Counted from the first letter of the stretch, positions 1-11,582 are shown. The stretch is DNA of 64,000 nt from Gammaproteobacteria bacterium (GCA_965277715.1 OZ255836.1:3104001-3168000); one strand, 5' to 3'. The notes: generated by a model from the sequence alone, not told the origin. Numbers and translations are program-made.

Positions 1-373
1 TTGGGTTACGATGAATGTAACGGCTTAAGGGTAATAAGTAGTTGTCTGCATCCACAATAATCGCTGTATAACGACCGCGAAAAAGAGGCCCATCCGTGCG
101 TCTAAGCCGGTTGTAGCGTTGTGTGTAGATACCATTGATATGCCGCATGATGCGACCCAGATTAGCACGAGGGGTTTCGATCAATAGATGATAATGATTA
201 CCCATCAAACAGTAAGCGTGGATGCAGGCATCAAAGCGTTTATGTGCTTCATCGAGCGTTTGTAGAAATGCCTGGTAGTAAATTTCGCCATGAAAGATGG
301 TCTGTCTGGCTTTGCCACGATTCATAAAGTGGTAGTAGGCATTTTCGTATTGTATTCGAGTAGGTCTAGGCAT
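1..373 (-). CDS. REP-associated tyrosine transposase (RAYT, Y1/HUH family); 3' end runs off the window
   Basis: Not in the ORF track. Manual translation from ATG 373: MPRPTRIQYENAYYHFMNRG...HAYCLMGNHYHLLIETP...LFRGRY...LSRYIHRNP, showing the HUH motif (NHYH) and YIHxNP. Confidence 0.9.
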   Translation of the reverse strand, partial: MPRPTRIQYENAYYHFMNRGKARQTIFHGEIYYQAFLQTLDEAHKRFDACIHAYCLMGNHYHLLIETPRANLGRIMRHINGIYTQRYNRLRRTDGPLFRGRYTAIIVDADNYLLPLSRYIHRNP

Positions 374-481
374 CGTTTAAATTTATACTATTTTGAAAAT
401 ATTAAATAAGATTGACCCCTTCTCTTCAGGTATTTTAAATCAGGTAGGCTGCTTTTTTTATTTTATTTGTCAGTTTCGGGG

Positions 482-1312
482 CTACACCCCTTCTTCTTCT
501 ACGTCTTTACAGGATGTCTGATTTTCTTGGCCAATGTATTGTCCATACTTGAAACAGCCCTCTAATACTGATCCATCACTCCGATAATAAATACCTTGCC
601 CATGAAATTCTCCACTTTTGAAAAAACCTTCATATCGATCACCACTATATAGTTTATAAGAACCATATCCATTTGGAACATTGTATTCAAAATCCCCTTC
701 GTATACGCTACCGTTAGCATATTCTAGAATTCCTTTTCCTTCTCTAAAGCCTTCAACAAAATTACCTTGAAAATATCCACCAACTGCAAAGTCAACTCGT
801 GCTTGCCCATTTAATACACCGCCCTGAAAAACACCTTCTGCTATATCACCGTTAGAAGCAATAAACCTACCTTGGCCATTCTCATAGCCATTTCTTACCT
901 CACCGTAATATGACGCACCTGTCGAATAAATAATGTCACCTTTTCCCTCCAACAAGCCGTTAACAAAATTACCTTTTAACTCGTCACCAACAGCTGTAGT
1001 AATAGTACCGCTCACAATAACACCTCGTTGAAATACACCAGCACTAACTGCACCATCAGCTGATTTATGTACTCCCTTTCCATGAATTAGTCCGTCGTGA
1101 AACTCACCACGATATTGCGCACCTGTCGGCCATTTTAAAAATCCTTCACCAGACAGCAAACCCTCACTGTTAACAAAACCCTCATATATTGAACCATCAG
1201 GAAACTTAATTATTTTCAATTCGTTACCTCCTGCAAAAACAATATTCAAATAGAGCAAGAATACAACTGGGCAGACAATATTACTAACTACTCTTATATG
1301 CGTCGATACCAT
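482..1312 (-). CDS. MORN-repeat protein with N-terminal signal/TM segment; candidate immunity protein for the adjacent Rhs C-terminus
   Basis: Repeated YxGxFxxGxxxGxG units; starts 18 bp after the Rhs-CT stop. Confidence 0.85.
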   Translation of the reverse strand: MVSTHIRVVSNIVCPVVFLLYLNIVFAGGNELKIIKFPDGSIYEGFVNSEGLLSGEGFLKWPTGAQYRGEFHDGLIHGKGVHKSADGAVSAGVFQRGVIVSGTITTAVGDELKGNFVNGLLEGKGDIIYSTGASYYGEVRNGYENGQGRFIASNGDIAEGVFQGGVLNGQARVDFAVGGYFQGNFVEGFREGKGILEYANGSVYEGDFEYNVPNGYGSYKLYSGDRYEGFFKSGEFHGQGIYYRSDGSVLEGCFKYGQYIGQENQTSCKDVEEEGV

Positions 1313-1330
1313 AATTACACCTTGCTAACA

Positions 1331-2269
1331 CTAATGACAGACCATTCGGCATGGTGATGCTTGTGGGCTAGATCCATTCGGACTCGAATTAGCATCACAT
1401 GAACCCGGAGAATTATTATTCTCATTTTGAGAACCGCATACGATGCGGCAATTATCTGGTATAAATTCTTTAGGTAATTTCCACTCATCCCCTGGGGCTG
1501 GAGGGCCTGTTTTATCATGTCGTGGGTTATTACCGGGAAGATTTTTCCCGTAATTCCAGAACGAATTAGGATTTTGGCCCGGTCGAGGTGGCATAGGAGA
1601 ATTTGGTGTAGGCTGAGAATTATTATTTGGCGGACGATGTGGTATAGGATCAGGGCGCAAAACAGGAATATGATCCCTATACGGATTGCCTCCGCGCCTA
1701 GCCCCTCTTAAGCCGTAATAGTCAGTCCAATAAAGTGGGTTCCCATCAACATAAGCATAAGTATTTAATCCGCCATCCAGCCCAATCGGATCGGAAGTTA
1801 TGTACCGCCCGGCAGTAGGATCATAGTATCGGAAGTAGTTATAGTACAGTTGTGATTCACTGTCGTAATACTGCCCAGCAAACCGCAAATTCACAACAAC
1901 ATCTTTACCGTTGCCATCTGGATCACTTTTACTCAGCGTATCACCAAATGCTTCACCCTCCCAACGCCATACAATATTCCCACCTGAATCCGTCGCAAAA
2001 CGGGGCGTCATCAGGTGATCGGTGTGAAGGTAGTAGATTGTATCGCTATCTGCAATAGCATCATATTCAATTTGTGCTATAGGCGCATAATCCAGCCAGA
2101 TATAATCCTTTATAGGTTCTCCTCGCTCATTCGTTTCACTTATCAGCATTCCCTGAAAATCATAATGGTAGACGGTGGTGCTAATAGTATTATCTGTATT
2201 AACCACCACTTTACGCGTGCGCTGCCCCATCGCGTTATGGATGTAGGTCGCCTTTAGTGCGCCTTCGAT
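1331..2269 (-). pseudogene. Orphan Rhs core fragment plus Pro/Asn-rich C-terminal toxin domain (ORF 1331..2230)
   Basis: LRFAGQYYD...RYYDPTAGRYITSDPIGLDGGLNTYAYVDGNPLYWTDYYGL Rhs core signature; no N-terminal YD region. Confidence 0.9.
1867..2269. repeat. About 400-bp direct duplication of the Rhs core (second copy 6497..6899)
   Basis: The two stretches look identical by eye at an offset of 4630 bp; the ORF track gives the same 80-aa antisense ORF at 2015 and 6645. Confidence 0.95.
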
Positions 2270-2423
2270 TCAGATCAAAAAAACAATAGCTTGTTATTAC
2301 CATTCTATAAGCCAATAAAAAAGCCTCCGGTATACGAGGCTTTAACAAAAAATACTTTGTTTATACTAAATAACTAGCCTGACCCGAATGGCACTTCCTT
2401 AAGCTCTAAGTACATGAAAAATA

Positions 2424-3741
2424 GGTTCCTCCCCGGTTTGTGTGAGGTTATAGTATTTCATCCCCCTTTGCTATTGAGAGACTCCGGTGCTATCGAGCCT
2501 TGAAGAACACTACAGCCAGCTCCTGGGTCTGACAGATGATTGGTCAGTGACATCAGTTGATTTAGACCCTTCAGGGTTAAAAGTATCCATTTCGTTGGCG
2601 TTTATCGGCAACCACGGCCCTTGTTCGCACTGTGGCGAAGTGAGTCCGTTCTATGATCACCGTTCACAAGAGCGATCCTGGAGACACCTGGATACTATGC
2701 AGTTTGAAACGCGTCTACACAGTCGCATTCCCCGAGTAAATTGTCTGGAGCATGGTGTTAAAAGTATGGTGTTACCCTGGGCAAGCAAGCGCAGTCGTTT
2801 TACGTTGTTGTTTGAATTATTTTCCATCAGGGTGTTGCAAGCCTCACGTAGCGTCGAAGAGGCGCGTAAGTTACTGGGACTTAGCTGGAACGCAGTGGAA
2901 GCCATCAAAGCCCGCGCTGTCGAGCGGGGACTTTCGCGTCGGGAATTGGTGACAATTGAGTACCTGGGTATTGATGAGAAGTCCCACCGTAAAGGGCATG
3001 ACTATGTGACGCTCATCAATGATATCGATGGAGGGCGAGTATTGGATGGAGTGAAAGATCACACCCAGGCAGCTTGTGAGGAGGCGTTGGAGGTTGCGCT
3101 GACGGATAACCAGCGAGAACAGGTGAAAGCTGTCGCGATTGATAGGTGGCCTGCGTTCATTAATGCCGTTGAGGTAAAACTGTCAGACAGTGCGATTGTT
3201 CACGACCGTTTTCATATTAGCCAACACCTGAATAAGGCGGTGGATCAGGTCCGTCGTGATAAACATAGAGACCTTTTGTCACAGGGCGATACCCGGTTGA
3301 AAAAGAGTCGTTATCACTGGTTAAAAAACGAAGAAAATTTGTCTGACAAAGCAGCCGAGCACTTTGAGTCACTCAAGCATGATCAGTTATTGACAGCCCG
3401 AGCCTGGGCGATAAAAGAACTGTTTCGTGATTTTTGGACGTATAAGACAGCGGGTTGGGCAAAGCGTTTCTTTGACGAGTGGTATTCATGGGCAATTCGG
3501 TGCCGATTGGACAGCATAAAGAAAGTGGCCAAGATGATAAAAACGCACATGCCGAACATATTGACATGGTTTAAGCACACAATAAGTAATGCCGTGTCAG
3601 AGGGTTTGAATTCAAAAATTCAGACAGTCAAATCGAATGCAAGAGGGTTTCGTTCGTTTGAAAGTTACCGGCGGAGTATTTTGTTTTACTGCGGAAAGCT
3701 GGATATGGAACCGGTGGCTTCACAATAATCGGGGAAGAACC
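2424..3741 (+). mobile_element. ISL3-family element inserted in the distal end of the IS4
   Basis: Ends GGTTCCTCCCCG and CGGGGAAGAACC; 8-bp TSD GAAAAATA at 2416-2423 and 3742-3749; the empty site is visible in the IS4 fragment near 7850. Confidence 0.95.
2487..3728 (+). CDS. ISL3-family transposase
   Basis: CxxC...C..H zinc finger, LGIDE, HDRFH, SNAVSEGLNSKIQ..K..ARGFRS motifs. Confidence 0.95.
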   Translation: MLSSLEEHYSQLLGLTDDWSVTSVDLDPSGLKVSISLAFIGNHGPCSHCGEVSPFYDHRSQERSWRHLDTMQFETRLHSRIPRVNCLEHGVKSMVLPWASKRSRFTLLFELFSIRVLQASRSVEEARKLLGLSWNAVEAIKARAVERGLSRRELVTIEYLGIDEKSHRKGHDYVTLINDIDGGRVLDGVKDHTQAACEEALEVALTDNQREQVKAVAIDRWPAFINAVEVKLSDSAIVHDRFHISQHLNKAVDQVRRDKHRDLLSQGDTRLKKSRYHWLKNEENLSDKAAEHFESLKHDQLLTARAWAIKELFRDFWTYKTAGWAKRFFDEWYSWAIRCRLDSIKKVAKMIKTHMPNILTWFKHTISNAVSEGLNSKIQTVKSNARGFRSFESYRRSILFYCGKLDMEPVASQ

Positions 3742-3774
3742 GAAAAATATGGAAGTACTTTCATTGTAAATGAC

Positions 3775-5220
3775 CTATTTCTGTTTTTTGGGATGGCCAT
3801 ATTTTTTAATAACACTTCTGGCCACGTCCCTTGGCTGCATCAATAAAGGATATGGTTTGGGTCTTCGTTTAACCACTCTTGGTTCAATACGCCCCGGTCG
3901 ATTACCCACACAGTTTTCTGCAATCAACGCACATAGCGCCAACACCTTATCACTACCCAGAGGGCTACCGCCTTTCTGATAACGATACGCTACCCAAATT
4001 TGTAACGTATGCTTAAAACTTATCTGTCGAGGCAGTATGTCCACTAGTAAGGCAGATTGCGCCATTAATAAGCGAATAAGGTTGTAAGCTAATATGTGTA
4101 CCCACATTTCCTTCTCAACCATTTCTGGCGTCTTACAACGGAAAGTGTGCATCTTCATTGTCGTTTTTATATGGCGTAAATCAAGTTCGACATGCCAGCG
4201 TTCTTTGTAGAGCTGTTTAAGCGCCTCTTTAGACGCCGATTTAACTGATAACAACGTTGTCACCAACAGTTTTTTACCCACTTTCAGTTCACGTATAACC
4301 ACTTCATCAGCAGCCGCTTCATAGGCTTCTTCGCTCATCCACTCTGGTCTTTTCTTGGGCTTTGTATAACAAATCAGATGATCCTTCGATCCAAGCTTTT
4401 TGCCTTCTCGAAAATCTGTGGATTTACGCCGCGCACCATGCGGCTCAAATACACCGTCTACTCCTTGCTCTATAAGGTTTGCTAGAAAAAAATAACCCGC
4501 AAAATAAGCATCACCCACCACAATATCACCCGGTTTAAGCGCATTTTGTATTTTTCTCAATAACGTTTGCTCATCCGCTCCCTTACCTTTAAAAGGACCC
4601 ATTGCCGCATCGAGAACACCACCACTGGCTAAACAAATAATTCCTACCCAGCGACAAAGAGGAAAACCGATCCCCACTTGCTGGCCTGACTGTTGCGGAT
4701 AAACTACCTGATTTTCAGGCGTATCGGGCATTGTCACAGTGGTGCCGTCAACCAATTTAACTGAACGCCCTTGCCAGTGCCAGTGACTGGCTGCTTCATT
4801 CGCCACACACTCGCCTGTACAACGGGCAAGCCCTGAGACGAGGGGGGTTGGCAGCCTTTGTCGCGCTTTACAATAACTCCCTGTATACGTATTACTCACT
4901 GATAAACCTTCACTTAATCGCTGTACAGCGAGTGTGTTGACAGCTTGTTGGCAGGACTGATCTGCACTCATTGTTTGGTATAAAAACAGCGATAAGGTGT
5001 CTAGAGGAGGATAGCGACGCGCTCGAAAATCCGGTTGTAATTCTTCCAGTTTCGTAAGTAACTGAGAGGATGTCAGCAAGTGATAAAAATTCAATGCATC
5101 CGAGGATTGAGCTCGGCTTTTGATGCGACGTTGAAGAATGTTGACTTTTACATTACTCTGCATGATGGCTGGTTCCTGTGGGATAAAGGGTATTTGTGTT
5201 GACAACAAATAACCTACCAT
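3775..5220 (-). CDS. IS4-family transposase (DDE_Tnp_1)
   Basis: LVDGT, VGDAYF, LYKERWHVELDLRHIK (YREK) motifs and RPGRIEPRVVKRRPK tail. Confidence 0.95.
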   Translation of the reverse strand: MVGYLLSTQIPFIPQEPAIMQSNVKVNILQRRIKSRAQSSDALNFYHLLTSSQLLTKLEELQPDFRARRYPPLDTLSLFLYQTMSADQSCQQAVNTLAVQRLSEGLSVSNTYTGSYCKARQRLPTPLVSGLARCTGECVANEAASHWHWQGRSVKLVDGTTVTMPDTPENQVVYPQQSGQQVGIGFPLCRWVGIICLASGGVLDAAMGPFKGKGADEQTLLRKIQNALKPGDIVVGDAYFAGYFFLANLIEQGVDGVFEPHGARRKSTDFREGKKLGSKDHLICYTKPKKRPEWMSEEAYEAAADEVVIRELKVGKKLLVTTLLSVKSASKEALKQLYKERWHVELDLRHIKTTMKMHTFRCKTPEMVEKEMWVHILAYNLIRLLMAQSALLVDILPRQISFKHTLQIWVAYRYQKGGSPLGSDKVLALCALIAENCVGNRPGRIEPRVVKRRPKPYPLLMQPRDVARSVIKKYGHPKKQK

Positions 5221-5578
5221 AGAACCAGCTTTTTTTGTAATTACTTCAAATACTTACAGCTTAAGGAAGTGCCATTCTAGCCTGACCCCTTTTATTCTTC
5301 AGACAGAACCTGGAGGGGTCATGGTCTTCACAGACCGATACTTGATGAGGTGTCTGAGCGCGGTTCCCATTATGGCTCTGGACGGATAAACAAATACGAT
5401 CCGTCCTATCGAGAAGCCGGATATATGACTGCTAACCTTATTTACTGTGACTGCTCTGAACGCTAAAAAATGAATGAACGATTAAAAAATTGTTGAATTT
5501 AACTGCGGGTCCATATATGACCCCTACACAGAAAGTGGCACGCTACACTGCCCCCTTTCACTTCACGTCTTTTCTCTT

Positions 5579-5896
5579 TTATTTTTCCTTAAAAAAATCG
5601 TCCCAGTGTTTAACCACATATAAAACTACAAATAAAGTAGCTATCAATGTGGTAGAAAAAATAATGCCGTCTAAGCCAACAACAAAATTTCTATGGTTTT
5701 TAAAATAAATAATAGGAACCAAAGAAACTCCATTTAACCCGAAAAAAAAATGCAACATAACAAAAAAATTTGTTACAAATAAAGGCCAACCAAATTTTTT
5801 TCCTGCTTTCCTTATTATGTATAACAACAAAAAATAACCGAAAACACCTAAGCCAATGAGATAACCCAATCCAATATTAAATATATAGCTTTCCAA
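5579..5896 (-). CDS. Small three-TM membrane protein, candidate immunity protein for the Gly/Ala-rich Rhs toxin
   Basis: Three hydrophobic segments, very AT-rich, starts 10 bp after the Rhs stop. Confidence 0.7.
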   Translation of the reverse strand: MESYIFNIGLGYLIGLGVFGYFLLLYIIRKAGKKFGWPLFVTNFFVMLHFFFGLNGVSLVPIIYFKNHRNFVVGLDGIIFSTTLIATLFVVLYVVKHWDDFFKEK

Positions 5897-5906
5897 TTTA
5901 GATCAA

Positions 5907-7692
5907 CTATTTACACATACGCACGGGGTATCTATCATTCAATGCTTGCCCAAAATCCATCAGACCTTGACCATATGCTGTTGTGCCGGCCGACACTGTC
6001 GCTTGCGAAATTGTAGAGTAACCTGCCTTTCCTGCTAGTACACCAAAACCTCCGCCCATTACCCCTGCAAAAGCCGACATAGCAACACTACCTCCATCCA
6101 CTGTCCCTCCGGTAACTGCCTGCCCTGCCACTGATCCAATAGCCGAAGACGCCGCTCCTCCAATTGCTATAGAACCAGCAGCCCCAAAAGTAAAACCAGC
6201 AACAGCTCCACCGGCAGCTCCGATGGCGGCCGCAGCAGCGACTTGACCAACGCTACCTCCGCTAACAGCAGCAGTAACACCTGCGGAAACAGCGCCAATA
6301 GCCGCACCAACAGCAGCAGCTCCTGCATTTATTGCGATTTTTCCTGTTGGGTCGATCCAATAAAGAGGATTGCTCTCAGCATACCCGTAAGTATTTAATC
6401 CGCCGAACAATCCAATCGGATCACTCTGAGTATACCGTCCAGTGGTAGGATCATACGTCCTGAAGTAGTTGTAATGTAAGTTAGTTTCACGATCAAAATA
6501 CTGCCCAGCAAACCGCAAATTCACAACAACATCTTTACCGTTGCCATCTGGATCACTTTTACTCAGCGTATCACCAAATGCTTCACCCTCCCAACGCCAT
6601 ACAATATTCCCACCTGAATCCGTCGCAAAACGGGGCGTCATCAGGTGATCGGTGTGAAGGTAGTAGATTGTATCGCTATCTGCAATAGCATCATATTCAA
6701 TTTGTGCTATAGGCGCATAATCCAGCCAGATATAATCCTTTATAGGTTCTCCTCGCTCATTCGTTTCACTTATCAGCATTCCCTGAAAATCATAATGGTA
6801 GACGGTGGTGCTAATAGTATTATCTGTATTAACCACCACTTTACGCGTGCGCTGCCCCATCGCGTTATGGATGTAGGTCGCCTTTAGTGCGCCTTCGATA
6901 AATAACTGATCCCAACGGTTCGCGTCGTTATAGGTTCTCGTTTGACTAGGCTGTACAGGCACAACCGCGTTGTTACCCCGGAAACGTTTTTCGACGAAAT
7001 TAAGCCGGTTACTGTCAGGCGAGTAGTCGTAACGGGTCATTTCCAAGGCATTTCTAACACGGCTCGTTCGGTTACCATTTAAGTCGTATCCATATGAGTC
7101 TGAAGTGCCACCTTTGATTGTGTCATCTATTAGCCTATCTAAGGCGTCATACTGATAACCACTGTCTTGAGGTGTTGTAGTGCGACTAAGGATATTGCCA
7201 TTGGCATCGTAACTATAGTTGCGTGAGTCGATAGCACCTGTGTTCTGGCTTACCAAACGCCCCTGTAGATCGTAACTACGGCTCTCTTGTAAACCATTAC
7301 CTATAGTACAACTCAATAAACGATTATCACCCCGGTAGGTAATACCGTTAGCTACTGTGTGATCCGAACCATTTATCTCCGCACCTATCGACTCTACTCT
7401 GCGCACCCCATCCCTATTAATTGTTATCGCTCGACCACTAGGGTAAGTCATGCCAATTAAGTTATCACCGTTATCGTAACGGTAGCGCGTAACATATTCA
7501 TGGCTTAATTCTACCTTAGTCATACTGACAACATTGCCATGCGCATCGTAAGCGTAACTGTAGGTGCCACTTTCATCTTCAACACCGCAAAGCCTTCCCG
7601 TGCCGTAAGGACAATTGTCATAAGTGTATGTCACATTCTCAGAACTATCCGGGAACGTTTTCGACACCAATCGATCAAGCTCATCATAGATA
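5907..7692 (-). pseudogene. Rhs/YD-repeat protein, N-terminally truncated by an IS4 fragment, with a glycine-zipper C-terminal toxin
   Basis: YD repeats, core ...DPIGLFGGLNTYGYAESNPLYWIDPTG, then GAAAVGAAIGAVSAG... hydrophobic tail; the ORF-track start (7718) lies inside IS sequence. Confidence 0.9.
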
Positions 7693-7885
7693 TAATCGAC
7701 CGGGGCGTATTGAACCAAGAGTGGTTAAACGAAGACCCAAACCGTATCCTTTATTGATGCAGCCAAGGGACGTGGCCAGAGGTGTTGTTAAAAAATATGA
7801 CCATCCCAAAAAACAGAAATAGGTCATTTACAATGAAAGTACTTCCATATTTTTCATGTACTTAGAGTTTAAGGAAGTGCCATTC
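7693..7885 (+). mobile_element. 3'-terminal fragment of a second copy of the IS4 element (lacks ISL3)
   Basis: Encodes NRPGRIEPRVVKRRPKPYPLLMQPRDVAR...PKKQK, nearly identical to the tail of 3775..5220; ends AAGGAAGTGCCATTC. Confidence 0.92.
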
Positions 7886-7894
7886 GGGTCTAGC

Positions 7895-8668
7895 CTAATA
7901 CTTAACTGGTCGCAGGCAATGCGCCCGCAGTTTCTCATAATAAGGCATATGGTAATCACACAATTGCCGCAGATGCGGCGCATCATCCAGCGAGGTAGCA
8001 GCGCGCTGCACACGCCCTATACCACTGGAACCCGATAAATCAGTATGCCAACCGGCAACATGCATCCACTCTTTTGGTAAAGCATCATCGTCCCAGTTTA
8101 ATGATGCCTCGATAAATCTTATCCCCAGCGCCTGGCAATAGGCGCGCAGCGTGCCTTTGGGGTCGCGGATCAGGTCTTCTGCATCAATGATTATCGGCAT
8201 TTCTCCGGTGATGTCGGCAACCAGCATGGCGTGTTTGTACACAGCATCCAGGCCAATCTCATCGCAGCTTACTTCAGGGTCGAGTTTGTAATAGGAGGGA
8301 ATGCTGCGCGCTGGGGTACGGATCAGAAAAGTATTTTTGACTTCACGCAAAAATGCTTTGTCTGCATCGATATACTTCGACACGTAGTAACACATATCTT
8401 TAACGAAGATGGGTGCTTGCACAGCCGTGTCCAAAATCATCGATTTGATAGCCTGGTACGATTGCGGGTGTTGTGCCTGGCCATGGAAGTGAGGATCGAA
8501 ATGAAGTAGTGTTTTGTTGGCATCACCCAGATAGTAGAGGTAGATAAACGGTTCGTGCAGGGTTTGCATATCACCCCGCTGCAACATGACGCGCTCCAGG
8601 GCGCTGGACACTGAACGTGGATGGGTCCATAGGAAAATTATCGGAAAGTATTTGCTCATCCTCCTCAC
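7895..8668 (-). CDS. Sulfotransferase-like P-loop protein (Sulfotransfer_5-like)
   Basis: LWTHPRSVSSALER, HEPF, FVKDM, FLIRTP..SIPSY, IIDAEDL motifs. Confidence 0.8.
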   Translation of the reverse strand: MRRMSKYFPIIFLWTHPRSVSSALERVMLQRGDMQTLHEPFIYLYYLGDANKTLLHFDPHFHGQAQHPQSYQAIKSMILDTAVQAPIFVKDMCYYVSKYIDADKAFLREVKNTFLIRTPARSIPSYYKLDPEVSCDEIGLDAVYKHAMLVADITGEMPIIIDAEDLIRDPKGTLRAYCQALGIRFIEASLNWDDDALPKEWMHVAGWHTDLSGSSGIGRVQRAATSLDDAPHLRQLCDYHMPYYEKLRAHCLRPVKY

Positions 8669-8815
8669 CTCAACATAATCGAAAACGCTTTAATTTTACC
8701 GAGACCCCACCGCTATTGAGTACACAAAATCAATGGCAACGTGCTGATGATGTTTCGATTGTTGATCGATATGTATTAACCTGCACACAAGCAAATACAT
8801 GTGTAGTGCCTGCTG

Positions 8816-8829
8816 AGGAAGTGCCATTC
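8816..8829 (+). repeat. Isolated IS4-type terminal IR
   Basis: AGGAAGTGCCATTC matches the IS4 ends at 5277 and 7885. Confidence 0.65.
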
Positions 8830-8841
8830 AGATCTGGCGGT

Positions 8842-10434
<1,593 letters not shown>

Positions 10435-10586
10435 GGGGTAGGGTGACCGGTATTTGGCAAAGGGGCGGATTCTAGCGGCTTTGTGCGCGTAATCGTAGTG
10501 GTATTTATACCGACCCTGTTAACACCGTTTTATGACTGCTATACAATCGCCCTCTCTTCACCGACAGTATCCAGCAGAGCTGCATT

Positions 10587-11582
10587 ATGCACCAACGAAA
10601 ACTCGGCCCATTTACCGTTTCTGCCATTGGCCTTGGTTGTATGAATATGTCGATGGGCTATGCACCCGCCGATGAAAAAGAGTCGGTGCGATTGCTGAAT
10701 GAATGCCTCGATGCTGGCTATACTTTCCTCGATACAGCATCGATGTACGGCATGGGGCACAATGAAACCCTGATCGGTAATACCTTAAAAAGCCGACGGG
10801 ATGAGTACATACTGGCCAGCAAATGCGGCATTGTTAAAAATGATAGCGGGGCAACGGTCAATGATGGACGCCCACAGGTGCTTAAGAAAATCTGCGAAGA
10901 CAGTTTGCGCCGCCTGCAAACCGATGTGATCGACCTGTATTATCTTCACCGCGTCGACGCCGATGTCCCGGTTGAGGAGAGTGTCGGCGCACTGGGCGAT
11001 TTATGCCGAGAGGGGAAAATCAAAACCATCGGTTTATCTGAGGTCTGCGCCGAAACCACCTACCGCGCCCACGCTGAACACCCAATCACCGCTATTCAGT
11101 CTGAGTACTCGCTTTGGTCACGTACGCCAGAGCGCAAAATACTCTCGGTGTGTAATGAACTAGACATTGCCTTTGTCGCGTTTTCGCCACTGGGGCGCTC
11201 GTTTCTTACCGGCGTCACGGGTGATGTCACCCAATTCGGTGAAGACGATATTCGCCAGGGGATCGCCCGGCCACGTTTTACACCTGAAAACTTCGCGCAC
11301 AATGTAAAGTTGCTGGCCCCTTTTGCCGATATTGCCCGCGCCCAAAACTGCAGCATGGCACAGCTTGCACTGGCGTGGTTACTGGCACGCGACAACGCGA
11401 CACTGATCCCTATCCCAGGCACTAAAGACCTTGCGCACATGCGCGAAAACGCAGGCGCTGGCGATATTGTGCTGGATGCCTCAGTGGTACAGACACTCGA
11501 CGAACTGATTAACGAAAATACTGTAAAAGGCCATCGTTATAACGATGAACAGATGGCGGCAACCGATTCAGAACGGGATTAG
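10587..11582 (+). CDS. Aldo/keto reductase
   Basis: IGLGCM, LDTASMYG, SLRRLQTDVIDLYYLHR, IPIPGT. Confidence 0.93.
   Translation: MHQRKLGPFTVSAIGLGCMNMSMGYAPADEKESVRLLNECLDAGYTFLDTASMYGMGHNETLIGNTLKSRRDEYILASKCGIVKNDSGATVNDGRPQVLKKICEDSLRRLQTDVIDLYYLHRVDADVPVEESVGALGDLCREGKIKTIGLSEVCAETTYRAHAEHPITAIQSEYSLWSRTPERKILSVCNELDIAFVAFSPLGRSFLTGVTGDVTQFGEDDIRQGIARPRFTPENFAHNVKLLAPFADIARAQNCSMAQLALAWLLARDNATLIPIPGTKDLAHMRENAGAGDIVLDASVVQTLDELINENTVKGHRYNDEQMAATDSERD

Larger units (their letters stand above)
2386..5277 (-). mobile_element. IS4-family element carrying a nested ISL3, with 20-bp terminal IR and 11-bp target duplication
   Basis: IR GAATGGCACTTCCTTAAGCT at 2386 and its reverse complement ending at 5277; TSD TAGCCTGACCC at 2375-2385 and 5278-5288. 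Confidence 0.95.

Noticed and set aside
5290-5466. Short + strand reading frame ending ...YREAGYMTANLIYCDCSER*
   Set aside because: Looks like a gene C-terminal relic, but it has no start and no family I can name
7693-7718. ORF-track start of the 603-aa Rhs protein
   Set aside because: It lies inside the antisense IS4 fragment; the gene is truncated rather than complete
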